A stretch of 64,000 nucleotides of DNA from a virus (lineage: Duplodnaviria; Caudoviricetes): positions 32,001-96,000 of IMG/VR virus record IMGVR_UViG_3300015607_004925; one strand, written 5' to 3'. The notes beneath the pieces were generated by a model, which did no database searches, was not told where the DNA came from, and saw only the letters and a program-made list of their open reading frames with translations. Shown here in pieces: positions 1 to 9,128 of the stretch (the first letter of the stretch is position 1; each line of letters begins with the position of its first letter). Made by a program: the position numbers and the translations under genes.

Positions 1-74
1 TGTGTCGGCGGACCGAGTGCCAGCTTCTCGAGCGCCTTGGCGCAGCCCAGCTTGTACGCGGTGGCGAGCCTCAT
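1..74 (-). CDS. N-terminus of a hypothetical virion protein carrying the shared helical motif (runs off window)
   Basis: Manual translation MRLATAYKLGCAKALEKLALGPPT; TGATG overlap with the upstream gene stop at 74-76; absent from ORF track. Confidence 0.75.
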   Translation of the reverse strand, partial: MRLATAYKLGCAKALEKLALGPPT

Positions 75-622
75 CACATCATCGCTCCTTGCAACGGCGC
101 GTACACGAGGCGCTGGTTCTCGCGATCGTGCTGATTCTGCTGGTGCAGGCCGTACGCGAGCGCGCCAGCCGCGCCGAGCGCGCCGAGCGCGAGCGGGCGC
201 TTCGCCGCACCCCATGCGCGCCCCGGCAACTCCTGCAGCTGTCCGGGCAGCGCGCGCGCCGCGGCCACGAGCGGGTGCGATGGCTTGGGCAGCGACACGA
301 TCTGCGCGCCTTCGGGGGTCATCGGCGGCGGCGCCGGCGCATGCACGGGCGTGCGGACCCTGCTGTTCGGCGCCACGATGCGCGCGGTGGGCAGCGCCGC
401 GACGGTCGCGGCGGCGGCCTTGACCACCTTCTCGAGTCCGGTGGCGAACTTCCGACCCTCGCCGAGGGCCGACTCGAGCGCGCGGCTCGTCTCGGAACGC
501 ATCTTGTCGCCGAGCCCGGGCGTCGCGCGCGCGCTCGGGCGCGGCGCAGGCGCCTTCGGCGGGGGCTTGCTGGCGAAGCCTGGCCCAAGCGACGACATGA
601 CCGCCGCGACCTTCGGGTCCAC
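74..622 (-). CDS. Hypothetical Pro/Ala-rich protein with C-terminal glycine-zipper segment
   Basis: Start moved to GTG 622 just after upstream stop (MDPKVAA...); LALGALGAAGALAYG segment. Confidence 0.7.
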   Translation of the reverse strand: MDPKVAAVMSSLGPGFASKPPPKAPAPRPSARATPGLGDKMRSETSRALESALGEGRKFATGLEKVVKAAAATVAALPTARIVAPNSRVRTPVHAPAPPPMTPEGAQIVSLPKPSHPLVAAARALPGQLQELPGRAWGAAKRPLALGALGAAGALAYGLHQQNQHDRENQRLVYAPLQGAMM

Positions 623-624
623 GG

Positions 625-990
625 CTAGCCCACCGCGATGAAGAGGATCGACGCGGAGCCCGTGGTCGTGAGCAGCACCGCCGTCGGGAACGGCGTCGAC
701 GGGTTGACCCACAGGAAGTAGCCGCCGACGGCGATCGGCCACGCATCCGCGCCGCCGTTGAACTTCACGGTGCACGAGCCTGAGAGCGCCTTGATCAGCA
801 CGCCCTTCGCGCCTGGGCTCGCGAGAGTCCCGAGGTTGACCGCCTCGTCGGTGACCGCGCCCGCGTACGACCGGACGAAGTCGGCGCGGCCGGTATACGC
901 CAGGCTGACCGTCAGGTCGACGGGCGCGGCGTTCGTTCCGTCCTCGAGAGGCAGCGAGGCTGCCCCAGCGACCTTGAAGTTCTGCGCCAT
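625..990 (-). CDS. Hypothetical beta-rich virion protein
   Basis: 121 aa ORF with normal composition; TATAAT 8 nt upstream of ATG. Confidence 0.75.
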   Translation of the reverse strand: MAQNFKVAGAASLPLEDGTNAAPVDLTVSLAYTGRADFVRSYAGAVTDEAVNLGTLASPGAKGVLIKALSGSCTVKFNGGADAWPIAVGGYFLWVNPSTPFPTAVLLTTTGSASILFIAVG

Positions 991-998
991 ACCCTGGA

Positions 999-1004
999 AT
1001 TATA
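999..1004 (-). promoter_or_regulatory. Putative late promoter -10 box (CC-TATAAT)
   Basis: gtcccc-TATAAT-tccagggt-ATG; one of 11 similar sites. Confidence 0.6.
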
Positions 1005-1021
1005 GGGGACGGTGCGAGATC

Positions 1022-1690
1022 TTACGTCGTGCGACGGTGGCCGCGGCTCAGGCCCATCACACCGAGCTTCGCGCGACCCGCGCGCATCATGCCGACTTGG
1101 ACCCATCCCTTGGCCGGGTCGTACTTCTGCGCGTAGCCGCCGGCACGGACTTCCCACGGGCCCTTGCACAGACCGAGGTGGTCGTAGCGTGTGTGCCCGT
1201 CTGGCTTGGGCGGCGGTTCCTGCCACGCGGGGTACTGGAAGTTCGACACGAGCACGTCGTCGATCGTGTACGTGTCCTGCTCGACGGGATCGCAGACCTC
1301 AGTCGCCCACCAGGTGCCCTGGTCATCTTGCGCCCCTCGCCGCAGCCATGGATCCGCAAGGGCCTCGAGGATCTCGTGAGACGCGGTCACGGTCCACGCC
1401 ACACCGTCTTGCGCATCCAGCTCCGGGAAGGTGAAGAGACACGGCAGGCCGGCGTCGGTCGTGTCGTGGAAGCCGAGGGCACCCTCGATCGTCGGTACCT
1501 TGCGCAGCTCGAGCCGCCATTCGTCATCGCGCGCGGGGTCCTGTGGTGTTGCCGCGCGGACCGTCGCGTCGACACCCCACACCGGGTAGAAGTGCTCGAG
1601 CACCTGGCGCTGCAACGCCGCGGCCGCCCGCACGATGTCCGCGTGCGTGACGTGCGTGTCGACGTTCACGATGACGACGCTGTTGCTCAC
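1022..1690 (-). CDS. Putative zincin-like metallopeptidase
   Basis: GTG start overlapping upstream stop (GTGA); motifs GFH, TASHEILEALADP, EVCDPVE, VSNF. Confidence 0.6.
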   Translation of the reverse strand: MSNSVVIVNVDTHVTHADIVRAAAALQRQVLEHFYPVWGVDATVRAATPQDPARDDEWRLELRKVPTIEGALGFHDTTDAGLPCLFTFPELDAQDGVAWTVTASHEILEALADPWLRRGAQDDQGTWWATEVCDPVEQDTYTIDDVLVSNFQYPAWQEPPPKPDGHTRYDHLGLCKGPWEVRAGGYAQKYDPAKGWVQVGMMRAGRAKLGVMGLSRGHRRTT

Positions 1691-2079
1691 GGCGTGGCCT
1701 TGAGGTGGTGGCTCGTCATGAACGTGCGGGCGCGTTTCGCCGAGGCGGATTCCGGGGGCGCCATCGAGCCTGCGGGGTGCGCGGTCAGCTTGGTGTAGAC
1801 GGCTTGCAGCGCGCACGTCAGCGCGTCGTAGCCGTACTTCACGCCGATGTTTTCGAGCGCGGTCTCCCAGCCCGAGGAACCGGCCTGGACGATCGTCGAG
1901 ACGTCCTGGAAGACCGTCATGCCGATCTCGGGAACGGTCTTGCCGATGTCGACGGTCGCGCACGACACGACGAGGTCGCCGACGCTGCTACCGGACCCGG
2001 ATCCCGAGTTGCCGAAGGTGCCCCCGCAGCTCGGCGCGGTGGCGAAGAGGAGGACGATGAGCGCGAGGATGATCTTCAT
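1687..2079 (-). CDS. Putative lipoprotein (spanin candidate)
   Basis: MKIILALIVLLFATAPSC: signal peptide ending in Cys, then Gly/Ser linker. Confidence 0.55.
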   Translation of the reverse strand: MKIILALIVLLFATAPSCGGTFGNSGSGSGSSVGDLVVSCATVDIGKTVPEIGMTVFQDVSTIVQAGSSGWETALENIGVKYGYDALTCALQAVYTKLTAHPAGSMAPPESASAKRARTFMTSHHLKATP

Positions 2080-2091
2080 GACGAGGGCTCC

Positions 2092-2538
2092 TTACACCGC
2101 CGAAGAGGCAGGTGTGTTGCTGGGGGAGGTCGCGATGCCGTCGGTCTTGAGCGTGTGGACTGCTTGCTCGATGAACGTGATGAGCATCTTGATCGCCGCG
2201 TCCTGGTCTTGCAGCCCGAACACGACCTCTAGCTCCTTGAGCCCCTTGTCGCCGAGATGCGACTTCAAGGAGGCCAAGGCGGCGTCACGCGCGGCGAGCA
2301 GCGCGGCTTCGTTCGCCTTGTCTCCGAGCTTGGAGACGACCGTCTGCTCGGTCTCCTGGACGACGGCCATCGCGAGCTGGCTGAGCCGGAAGAGGATGCC
2401 CGCGGCGCGATCGTTCGTCGTCTTGGACTTCAGCCACGCGGGGAAGTGTGCGCTCGCCCAGGCGAGGAAGAGGCCGATGACGGGCACGACGACGCCCTTG
2501 AGGAACAGCATGCCGATGGTCTCGATCGTGTCCTGCAT
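2092..2538 (-). CDS. Putative holin-like membrane protein
   Basis: Single N-terminal TM, then helical domain with AVVQETEQ and FIEQAVH patterns typical of LL-H-type holins. Confidence 0.55.
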   Translation of the reverse strand: MQDTIETIGMLFLKGVVVPVIGLFLAWASAHFPAWLKSKTTNDRAAGILFRLSQLAMAVVQETEQTVVSKLGDKANEAALLAARDAALASLKSHLGDKGLKELEVVFGLQDQDAAIKMLITFIEQAVHTLKTDGIATSPSNTPASSAV

Positions 2539-2807
2539 CAGAATTCCGCCTTTCGTGGGACCGCGACGGATCCCTTCTCCGCCGGGCGATCACCGTGCGT
2601 ATGCACGTAGCCGGCTTTGTTCTTGAGTGACGAGCGGTGCATCGGGACGATGGTCCCGAAGATCGCGCCGCCGAGCCGCTCGTTGTCGGCGCTGACCTGT
2701 CCCCCACACGCAGGACATGTGGGCAGCGCCGCCTCTTCCTCTGACGTCATGTACAGGTGCTCGAAACGGTGACCGCACGAACACACGTACTCCTTCAGCT
2801 TGGGCAC
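2538..2807 (-). CDS. FmdB-family zinc-ribbon protein
   Basis: MPKLKEYVCSCGHRFE...CPACGG; start moved to GTG 2807. Confidence 0.75.
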   Translation of the reverse strand: MPKLKEYVCSCGHRFEHLYMTSEEEAALPTCPACGGQVSADNERLGGAIFGTIVPMHRSSLKNKAGYVHTHGDRPAEKGSVAVPRKAEF

Positions 2808-2812
2808 GCCCA

Positions 2813-2818
2813 ATTATA
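2813..2818 (-). promoter_or_regulatory. Putative late promoter -10 box
   Basis: cc-TATAAT-tgggc-GTG. Confidence 0.6.
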
Positions 2819-2844
2819 GGCCCTTCCACACGCTTACGCGATAA

Positions 2845-4587
2845 TCAACACAGCTCCGACGTGGGGGTCACGTTGGTGTCGCCGGCGAACGGGTTTGCGG
2901 GGTCACTGGCCGTGATGGCAGTTCCGTCGTTGGCGATGACCGGCGTCACGGGAACAGAAGGCAATCCCGTCGCAGGGTCCACGCTCGTCGCTTGCGAGGG
3001 CGTCAGGGGGCGCATGTCAGGACCAAACACCGCGGCCTCCGCCTGCGTGACGACCGTGTCGATCGAGGCGAGGATCCCCATCAGCGGGTTGGTCGCGGTC
3101 GCGGGACCGAACAACGCTTCGAAGAAGGCGATGACCGTCGCCAGATCCGCGAGACGTGGTGCTCCGGCCACGATGCAGAGGCCGCAGACGTATTCGCCGC
3201 CGTCGAACGGAGGGCGCGAGGGATCTGTTTTGTCGTTGAGCCGCCGCGCCAGCTCGGCCATGAGGAACGCGTTGCCGCCCGTCTCACTCGACATCTGCGT
3301 GATGTACAAACTCGGGATCGGCGCCGATAGCGCCGTCGACAGCCGTTTCACGTCGTCGAGCAGCTCCTTCGAGCGCGCGGCGACGCGCTGGGTAGCACCG
3401 GCGGCGAGCGCGATCGCGTCGTTCAATTTGTCGAGCGGCGAGGTCGAAGGCTTGAGCAGCACGCGCGCTTCCTCGATGAGCGCTTGCGTGCCTGCTGCGA
3501 GCCCGGGAAACAGGTTGATCGCGGAACTCGTCGCGCTCCAGTTCGGTGCTTGTCCTGTTTGCTGCGGGGCGGGCGCTTTGGGCACGACCTTGACCACGCT
3601 CGAGAGCCGGCTGAATGGCAACGTGACCGCAGCCTCGTCGTTCTCGAAGACGTCGGTCTCCCACGTCACGCAGTAGAACTGTGGCAGCGTCGCGTCGATC
3701 GTCCCGTCCGTGTCGAGGAACGCCGAGTTCTTCCCGGTGCCGACCGCGACTACCTTGTAGTCACCGTTCGTCATGCCCTCGGTGAGCGTCTGCGTAGGGA
3801 ACAACTCGAGCACGCTCGTCGCCGCCTGCAGCTTGGGATTCGACGAGCGGATGACGGCGTAGCGCCGCACGCTGAAACGCACGCCCGGGAAGGATGCCAG
3901 CGTGATCGGATTCTTCGGCGGGTCCCAGTCGAGGCGGACGCCAACACCGGGCGACGCCGACGTACCTACGACACGCCCGACGACGTTTTGCGGTACGGGC
4001 AACGTGCGCGCCGCCATCGTGTCGCCGTTCTTCGGCTTGGCGATCAGGTCGAGCGTCGTCGCGGCGCTGGTGATGGTCGCGTACCGCGGCGCGCCGACGA
4101 GCAACGTGACCATCACGACGGCGTCGTGTTGGGCGTCATACTGCGGGCGGTTGTGGTCCGCGAGGTCCATGAGGGACTGCGCGAACGTGTTGTAGAAGCC
4201 CGCGTTGCCGCCGTTCTTGGTGACCATGGCGGCGTAGGCGTCTGCCGCGGCAGTGCCTGCAGGGCCCAGCGTGATATCGAGCGCAGCTTGGAGGTCGTTG
4301 ATTGTCGGCGGCAGGGCGGGCAGGGTCTTGACGGGCGGCGTCTTCACGATCGGGATCGGCAACATGTGTACCCGCCCGCCCATGAGGAGCGCTTGCAGCG
4401 TGTCGAGCAGCGCGTTCGCCACCGCCCGCGCGGCGTCGAGCGGCGACGGCAGCGACGGTGTCGTCGGAACCGAGAGCGATGCCGGGACCTCGAGCACCTG
4501 ACCAAGCAGGTCGGCGATCGCGGTGATTGCCGTCACGACCTCGGACGGGACGAGCTGGTTGGGGTTGAGCGTCGTCCAGTCGCTCAT
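2845..4587 (-). CDS. Hypothetical structural protein, probably baseplate-associated
   Basis: 580 aa; central FN3/Ig-like pattern (PQNV...VRLDWDPP); just downstream of spike gene. Confidence 0.6.
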   Translation of the reverse strand: MSDWTTLNPNQLVPSEVVTAITAIADLLGQVLEVPASLSVPTTPSLPSPLDAARAVANALLDTLQALLMGGRVHMLPIPIVKTPPVKTLPALPPTINDLQAALDITLGPAGTAAADAYAAMVTKNGGNAGFYNTFAQSLMDLADHNRPQYDAQHDAVVMVTLLVGAPRYATITSAATTLDLIAKPKNGDTMAARTLPVPQNVVGRVVGTSASPGVGVRLDWDPPKNPITLASFPGVRFSVRRYAVIRSSNPKLQAATSVLELFPTQTLTEGMTNGDYKVVAVGTGKNSAFLDTDGTIDATLPQFYCVTWETDVFENDEAAVTLPFSRLSSVVKVVPKAPAPQQTGQAPNWSATSSAINLFPGLAAGTQALIEEARVLLKPSTSPLDKLNDAIALAAGATQRVAARSKELLDDVKRLSTALSAPIPSLYITQMSSETGGNAFLMAELARRLNDKTDPSRPPFDGGEYVCGLCIVAGAPRLADLATVIAFFEALFGPATATNPLMGILASIDTVVTQAEAAVFGPDMRPLTPSQATSVDPATGLPSVPVTPVIANDGTAITASDPANPFAGDTNVTPTSELC

Positions 4588-4730
4588 CGCGTCGTCTTCT
4601 CCGCAAGTGCGCGCACGCGTGCGGCACGCAGGCGCTTCTTCTCCATGTCGATACGAACAAGGCGGCCATGTAGCTCGGCGAGCTTACCGAGCACGACCCC
4701 GATCGCCGGCTGACCTTGCCACTTAGTCAT
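4584..4730 (-). CDS. Small hypothetical protein (48 aa)
   Basis: MTKWQGQPAIGVVLGKLAELHGRLVRIDMEKKRLRAARVRALAEKTTR; fills the gap and overlaps both neighbours. Confidence 0.6.
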   Translation of the reverse strand: MTKWQGQPAIGVVLGKLAELHGRLVRIDMEKKRLRAARVRALAEKTTR

Positions 4731-6129
4731 TGCGTACCTTCGTCGAGACGTATGGCACCTGGACGCCGACCTTCGCCGCGAAGACAGCGATCTTGGCCAT
4801 CACGGCCGCGAGCCCGATCGGATTCGACGGCACGAGGTTGCCGATCGCGCTCGAGAGGTCGCCGAGAAACGCGGCGAAGTCGATGAGGAACGTATCGAAC
4901 TTCGGGATCGGGTGTTGCCCGTTCGGTCCGAGGATGACTTGCGCGCCGTCGACCTTTGCCTGGCCCGTGGCCTCGAGCTTGGCGGCGGCGCGCGCGACGA
5001 GCGCGATGTCGCCGGTTGCAGAAGCCTTCCAGTCACCGTCGACGGCGTGCGTGTCATCATCGCCGATGCTCGTCGTGCGCTTGCCGGCGACCACCGCGGT
5101 CTGGTCGCCGCCGACGCCGTGCGTGTGATCGCTGCCGACGTACTGCGTAGCAGCTCCTGCCGTCGACCACGTTCCCGACCCGCCGATGCTCGTCGAGTGG
5201 TCGCCGTCGATGAGGTGCGCGTAGTTCCCCTTGATCGCGTGCGTCTCGTCACCGCCGACGGCGGTCGCGCGCGCACCGGCGATGTCGTGACGCTGTTCGG
5301 CTAGCCCGCCGGCGCCTGACGAGATGTCGACGCCGCCGTCGCCGTAGAGCTGGACGCGTCCGTCCGATCCGGCATGCAGGCGGAAGAGGATCTTGCCCTC
5401 GGGTTCGACGACCTTGAAGTCGAGCACGTCACCCGTCGCGCCAAGGTCAAGCTGGATCGTCCAGTGCTGCTCATCGCGCCCTGTCTGCGTGGTCTGGCTT
5501 GCACCTGCACGCAGCACGAAGGACGTGCGGCCTTGCTTGTTCTCCATCCGCCACTGTCCGAAGTCCGAGAAGCCGTCCATGACGCGCGCGACGTGCCGGA
5601 GCAGTCCTTGCGCGGCGAACGATTGCACCTGCGCGCTGGGCGCGCCGAGCAGCGACAGCCCGCCTTCGAGCACGGCGACGTGATTGCCGAGCGTGCCAAC
5701 CTGCGCCCAGTCGCCACCGCCCATATCCGTCGGTGCATGCGGCGGTCGGTAGTTGTTCGAGCCCTCGGTCGGCTGGGTCGCGTCGTCTTGACCAACGCCC
5801 GCGACACCAGTGAGCGTCGGCGCCGGGATCGCGGACTGTGCGGGTCCGACGAGGTCAAGGATGCCGATGATGACCGGCATGCCGAGGTCCCACGACACTA
5901 CGACCTGTGTGCCCGTTTGCAGGTGATCGAAGCTGCCTTGCGTGTGCCGCATCTGCGGCACGTCTTGCAGCGGTCGACCACTGTCTGTGCGTACCAGGGC
6001 TGTGTGTGTGCCCGAGTTGTACGCGATGACCGTGCCGATCTCCCAGTTCCGCCGTCCCGTCGGGCGATCGCGCGCGGCTACGCCTGCGCCAAGGTTGGCG
6101 GCGCCTCGCTTTTGAAGCGGATCGCTCAC
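4723..6129 (-). CDS. Baseplate central spike (gp5/gpV/VgrG-like)
   Basis: N-terminal OB-fold pattern (GTVIAYN...GTQVVV...PVIIG) and C-terminal VGGD/IxGD beta-helix repeats. Confidence 0.8.
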   Translation of the reverse strand: MSDPLQKRGAANLGAGVAARDRPTGRRNWEIGTVIAYNSGTHTALVRTDSGRPLQDVPQMRHTQGSFDHLQTGTQVVVSWDLGMPVIIGILDLVGPAQSAIPAPTLTGVAGVGQDDATQPTEGSNNYRPPHAPTDMGGGDWAQVGTLGNHVAVLEGGLSLLGAPSAQVQSFAAQGLLRHVARVMDGFSDFGQWRMENKQGRTSFVLRAGASQTTQTGRDEQHWTIQLDLGATGDVLDFKVVEPEGKILFRLHAGSDGRVQLYGDGGVDISSGAGGLAEQRHDIAGARATAVGGDETHAIKGNYAHLIDGDHSTSIGGSGTWSTAGAATQYVGSDHTHGVGGDQTAVVAGKRTTSIGDDDTHAVDGDWKASATGDIALVARAAAKLEATGQAKVDGAQVILGPNGQHPIPKFDTFLIDFAAFLGDLSSAIGNLVPSNPIGLAAVMAKIAVFAAKVGVQVPYVSTKVRND

Positions 6130-6142
6130 CCCGCCTACGCTA

Positions 6143-6478
6143 TCACGGACGCCGCGCGGTGCTCGTCGTGTTGGGGGTCGGGATGTTGTCGCTGCTGCGG
6201 GCGCCCTCGAACTTCTTGTCCGACCAGTAGAATGAAACGTAGAAGTTGAGGACGACGACGCTGTCGAACACGAGCAGCGCTGTCGTGAAGAACTGCCACG
6301 TCGTCTGACCTGTCAGCGCGAGCACCAGCAGCGTGTTGGTGTAGGTGAAGAGTAGGCAGCCCGCGAAGATGGCCAGGCTCACCGGGTTCTTGCGGAACTT
6401 CCAGCCGCGGTAGAACCGCACCGCAAGCGGCAGCCACGCAAGCGCCAACACACACGCCAGGACGATGACAGCGGTCAT
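6143..6478 (-). CDS. Membrane protein, 3 predicted TM segments
   Basis: Three hydrophobic stretches in 111 aa. Confidence 0.65.
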   Translation of the reverse strand: MTAVIVLACVLALAWLPLAVRFYRGWKFRKNPVSLAIFAGCLLFTYTNTLLVLALTGQTTWQFFTTALLVFDSVVVLNFYVSFYWSDKKFEGARSSDNIPTPNTTSTARRP

Positions 6479-6711
6479 GGTTCTTTGGAAGATACCTTGT
6501 CCGCGTTGCCATCGTCGATCCGAACGAACGGCGCCGTCGGGTCTCGTCCGAACTTGGCACGGTAGGCGATCATCGCGCTACGGCGCAGTGCGTCGATTTC
6601 CGCGTTGGTCTTGATGAAGAAGTTCTCGCTGCGCCGACCGCACTTGACTTCGGTGAAGACGATCCACGCGATCACGACAGCAAGCACGGCGGTGATGAGC
6701 CAGGGGGTCAT
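6475..6711 (-). CDS. Small single-TM membrane protein
   Basis: Start moved to ATG 6711 (MTPWLITAVLAVVIAWIVF...). Confidence 0.6.
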   Translation of the reverse strand: MTPWLITAVLAVVIAWIVFTEVKCGRRSENFFIKTNAEIDALRRSAMIAYRAKFGRDPTAPFVRIDDGNADKVSSKEP

Positions 6712-6719
6712 CGGGTCAC

Positions 6720-7013
6720 CTACCTTTGGTGCTCCGGCAGGTGGGCCGGCGCACGGTCGTTCGTAGGTTTGGCGTGCCACCCGTCTACGGTCTTGGCCAT
6801 GATGGTCACGGCGGTGAGCAGGTTCTGGATCGCTTCGGTGAAGCGGTCCATCCGCTTTTCGACGCGCCACATGAACCACAGCGCGACGAACACAGGGAAT
6901 CCGAACTCGCGAATGACGCCTAGTGTGTTGTCGGCGCCGCTGCCGTTCGGGTCGGCAGCGCCGGTCCCGAACAGCACGATCGCGAACAGTAGGGCGAGTC
7001 GGAGGGGCTTCAC
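6720..7013 (-). CDS. YvrJ-like small membrane protein (holin-like)
   Basis: IREFGFPVFVALWFMWRVEKRMDRF resembles the YvrJ consensus GFPIxxxxYLLxRxEKKLD. Confidence 0.6.
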   Translation of the reverse strand: MKPLRLALLFAIVLFGTGAADPNGSGADNTLGVIREFGFPVFVALWFMWRVEKRMDRFTEAIQNLLTAVTIMAKTVDGWHAKPTNDRAPAHLPEHQR

Positions 7014-7015
7014 GG

Positions 7016-7783
7016 CTAGGCGTCCACCACGCCGGGGGAGGCCAGGCTCTCGTCGACGTCACCGCTCGACAGGAATGTGCCGTCGACGAAGCTGAGCACC
7101 GAGTCGATGCTCGTCGCCGTGATGCCGTCGCCCGAGGCATGCGGCCGAACGCCCGCCGGCGTGTCGGCGCCGAACGGCAGGAGGCGGTCGCTCATGCCCG
7201 AGACGTTCTCGAGCACGAGGTTCTGGCCGGCGTTCCAGCCGATCGCGTAGCTGGTGAGCATCGACAGCTCGGCGTAGAAGCCGCCACAGTAGCCGTGCGT
7301 CTTGTCGCGGAACACCGCGCCCAGTCCGAACGGGATGAGGAACAGCTCGCTGTCGAGGTTGATGAAGAACTTCTTGCCTGCCGGGTTCGAGTCCGCGGCT
7401 TGGTCGTCGAACTGGCTGGGGTCGATGCCGCCGGCGACCGCGTTGTGGTAGAGGACGCGCAGCAGGTTGCGGCCGTTCACGAAGAGGCGGCCCATCGTCC
7501 ACTGTGTCTGGGCCTTCCCTGAGACGTAGAACGAGCGCCCCGAGCCGATGGCCATCATCGGCTGCGTCGGCTTGGTCTGCGTGAAGTTCACGGCCTGCAG
7601 CATGCCGATCGCGAGCAAGCTCGCGGCGCCACCTTCGCGGAGACCGTGCTTGCGCGCGGGACCTGCCATCACGAGCGTGTCGTCGGGATGCGCCGCGGTG
7701 TACGCGGCGTTGTCCATCACCCGCTCGACGTAGCTCTCCTGGAACTTCCAGGTGTCGAAATTTTTCACCACTCCGAGCGCCAT
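7016..7783 (-). CDS. Putative tail tube protein
   Basis: 255 aa beta-rich; IGMLQAVNFTQTK..AIGSGR pattern; downstream of sheath. Confidence 0.6.
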   Translation of the reverse strand: MALGVVKNFDTWKFQESYVERVMDNAAYTAAHPDDTLVMAGPARKHGLREGGAASLLAIGMLQAVNFTQTKPTQPMMAIGSGRSFYVSGKAQTQWTMGRLFVNGRNLLRVLYHNAVAGGIDPSQFDDQAADSNPAGKKFFINLDSELFLIPFGLGAVFRDKTHGYCGGFYAELSMLTSYAIGWNAGQNLVLENVSGMSDRLLPFGADTPAGVRPHASGDGITATSIDSVLSFVDGTFLSSGDVDESLASPGVVDA

Positions 7784-7785
7784 GT

Positions 7786-8385
7786 TCAGGCTCCTTGTGT
7801 GCCGCGTGCGATCTCGAGGCCCTTGACGTTACCGATTGTAGCGCCGAGACCTGCGAGCAGGGTTGAAAGTGGGACGCCAAGTGGTCCCGTGACAGGATGC
7901 CCGACGAGCTTGTCGATGACGTGGCCGACGCCGTGGCCGACGAGGCCGCCGCCGAGCGTGCCGAGGCCCTGTCCCGCGACGTTGCGCGCGATCTCGCCGC
8001 CGGTCTGTTTACCGCGGACGCCCTCGACGACCGGCCACGCGAGGCCGCCGAGGTCGCCGCCGACGACGTCGCCGAAGTGACCTGCCATCTTCGGGCCGAC
8101 CATCTGCGCACCCGCAACCGCCCACGGTGGGATGTCGGTCATCGCGGCGTCGATGTTGTACGGCGCGCCCGGCGGGATGTTCCGCTCGGCCCGTTCCGCC
8201 TTCTCACGCAGGAGACCGCCGGTGACGCCGCCCGTGACGCCGCCAAGCAGTGCGCCGACGTCGGGCGACAGACCGATCCGTGGACCGAGCGTCTTACCGG
8301 CGAAGCCGCCGAGCGCCGGCCCCGCCACCGCCGGAAAAATGGCGGCGAGGCTCGCGCGCTTGATGAAGAAGCGTTCGACGGACAT
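7786..8385 (-). CDS. Glycine-zipper protein, putative virion cargo/ejection protein
   Basis: Start ATG 8385 (MSVERFFIKRAS...); several GxxxG runs after KRA and KMA. Confidence 0.65.
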   Translation of the reverse strand: MSVERFFIKRASLAAIFPAVAGPALGGFAGKTLGPRIGLSPDVGALLGGVTGGVTGGLLREKAERAERNIPPGAPYNIDAAMTDIPPWAVAGAQMVGPKMAGHFGDVVGGDLGGLAWPVVEGVRGKQTGGEIARNVAGQGLGTLGGGLVGHGVGHVIDKLVGHPVTGPLGVPLSTLLAGLGATIGNVKGLEIARGTQGA

Positions 8386-9113
8386 CAGCCCATCATGCCC
8401 TGGGGCTGTGGGGGCTGCTGCATCTTCTGGCCGAGCGCGCCGCCAGCCATCGATGCGGCCTGGTCGAACGCGGCACCGCCGAGCCCGCCCGCGATGCGCG
8501 GCGCGACCTTGCCCGCGATGCCGCCGAGGGCTTTGCCTGCGACGCCGCGACCGAGCGCGCCGAGGCCCGCGCGCGCGAGCGTCGGGCCCGCGATCGCGCC
8601 GAGCATCGGCAGGAAGGCGACCTTGATGCCGAGCGCGCCGAGCGCGGCTTCGGCGCCGGCGGTGTAGTGGTCGGTGAGCGCGCCGTACTTGCCCGCATGT
8701 CCGTATATGAGCTTCTGTGCCTTGGGCCACAGATTGTAATCCATGCGGCTCAGTGCTTCGGCGGCGGCAGGTTGAGCAAGCGCCGCGGTATCGCGCGCGA
8801 CAGTGTCGATTCCGTGCAGTTGAGAACTGAGGTTTCCGTGCAGCCCGCCCACCCCGGCACCGATGACCGCGTCGCGAAGCGGATGCTCGTCGCCACTGAC
8901 CAGGCTGGCGAGTCCACCGACGCCCGCGCCGAGCGCGGCGCCACCGAGCGGCGAACGCATGAGCGCGCTCGCGTCGAACGCCAGCTTCTCCTCGCGGCCG
9001 TGGTTCTCGCGCGACACGACGATGTTTACGCCGACGCCGCCGTTCTCGCGAAGATGGTGCGAGGCACCTTTCACGAGGTCGGCGATGAACTTGTCGAAGA
9101 AGGCGTCGGACAC
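8385..9113 (-). CDS. Glycine-zipper protein with internal shared helical motif
   Basis: EKLA-FDASAL...GAGVGG; HYTAGAEAALGALGIKVA-FLPMLG. Confidence 0.7.
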   Translation of the reverse strand: MSDAFFDKFIADLVKGASHHLRENGGVGVNIVVSRENHGREEKLAFDASALMRSPLGGAALGAGVGGLASLVSGDEHPLRDAVIGAGVGGLHGNLSSQLHGIDTVARDTAALAQPAAAEALSRMDYNLWPKAQKLIYGHAGKYGALTDHYTAGAEAALGALGIKVAFLPMLGAIAGPTLARAGLGALGRGVAGKALGGIAGKVAPRIAGGLGGAAFDQAASMAGGALGQKMQQPPQPQGMMG

Positions 9114-9128
9114 GGTGGTCTCCTTGGG

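Noticed and set aside
1005-2850. cgtaag as a -35 element upstream of two TATAAT boxes
   Set aside because: Spacing differs (16 versus 14 nt) and it is not at a matching distance at the other sites
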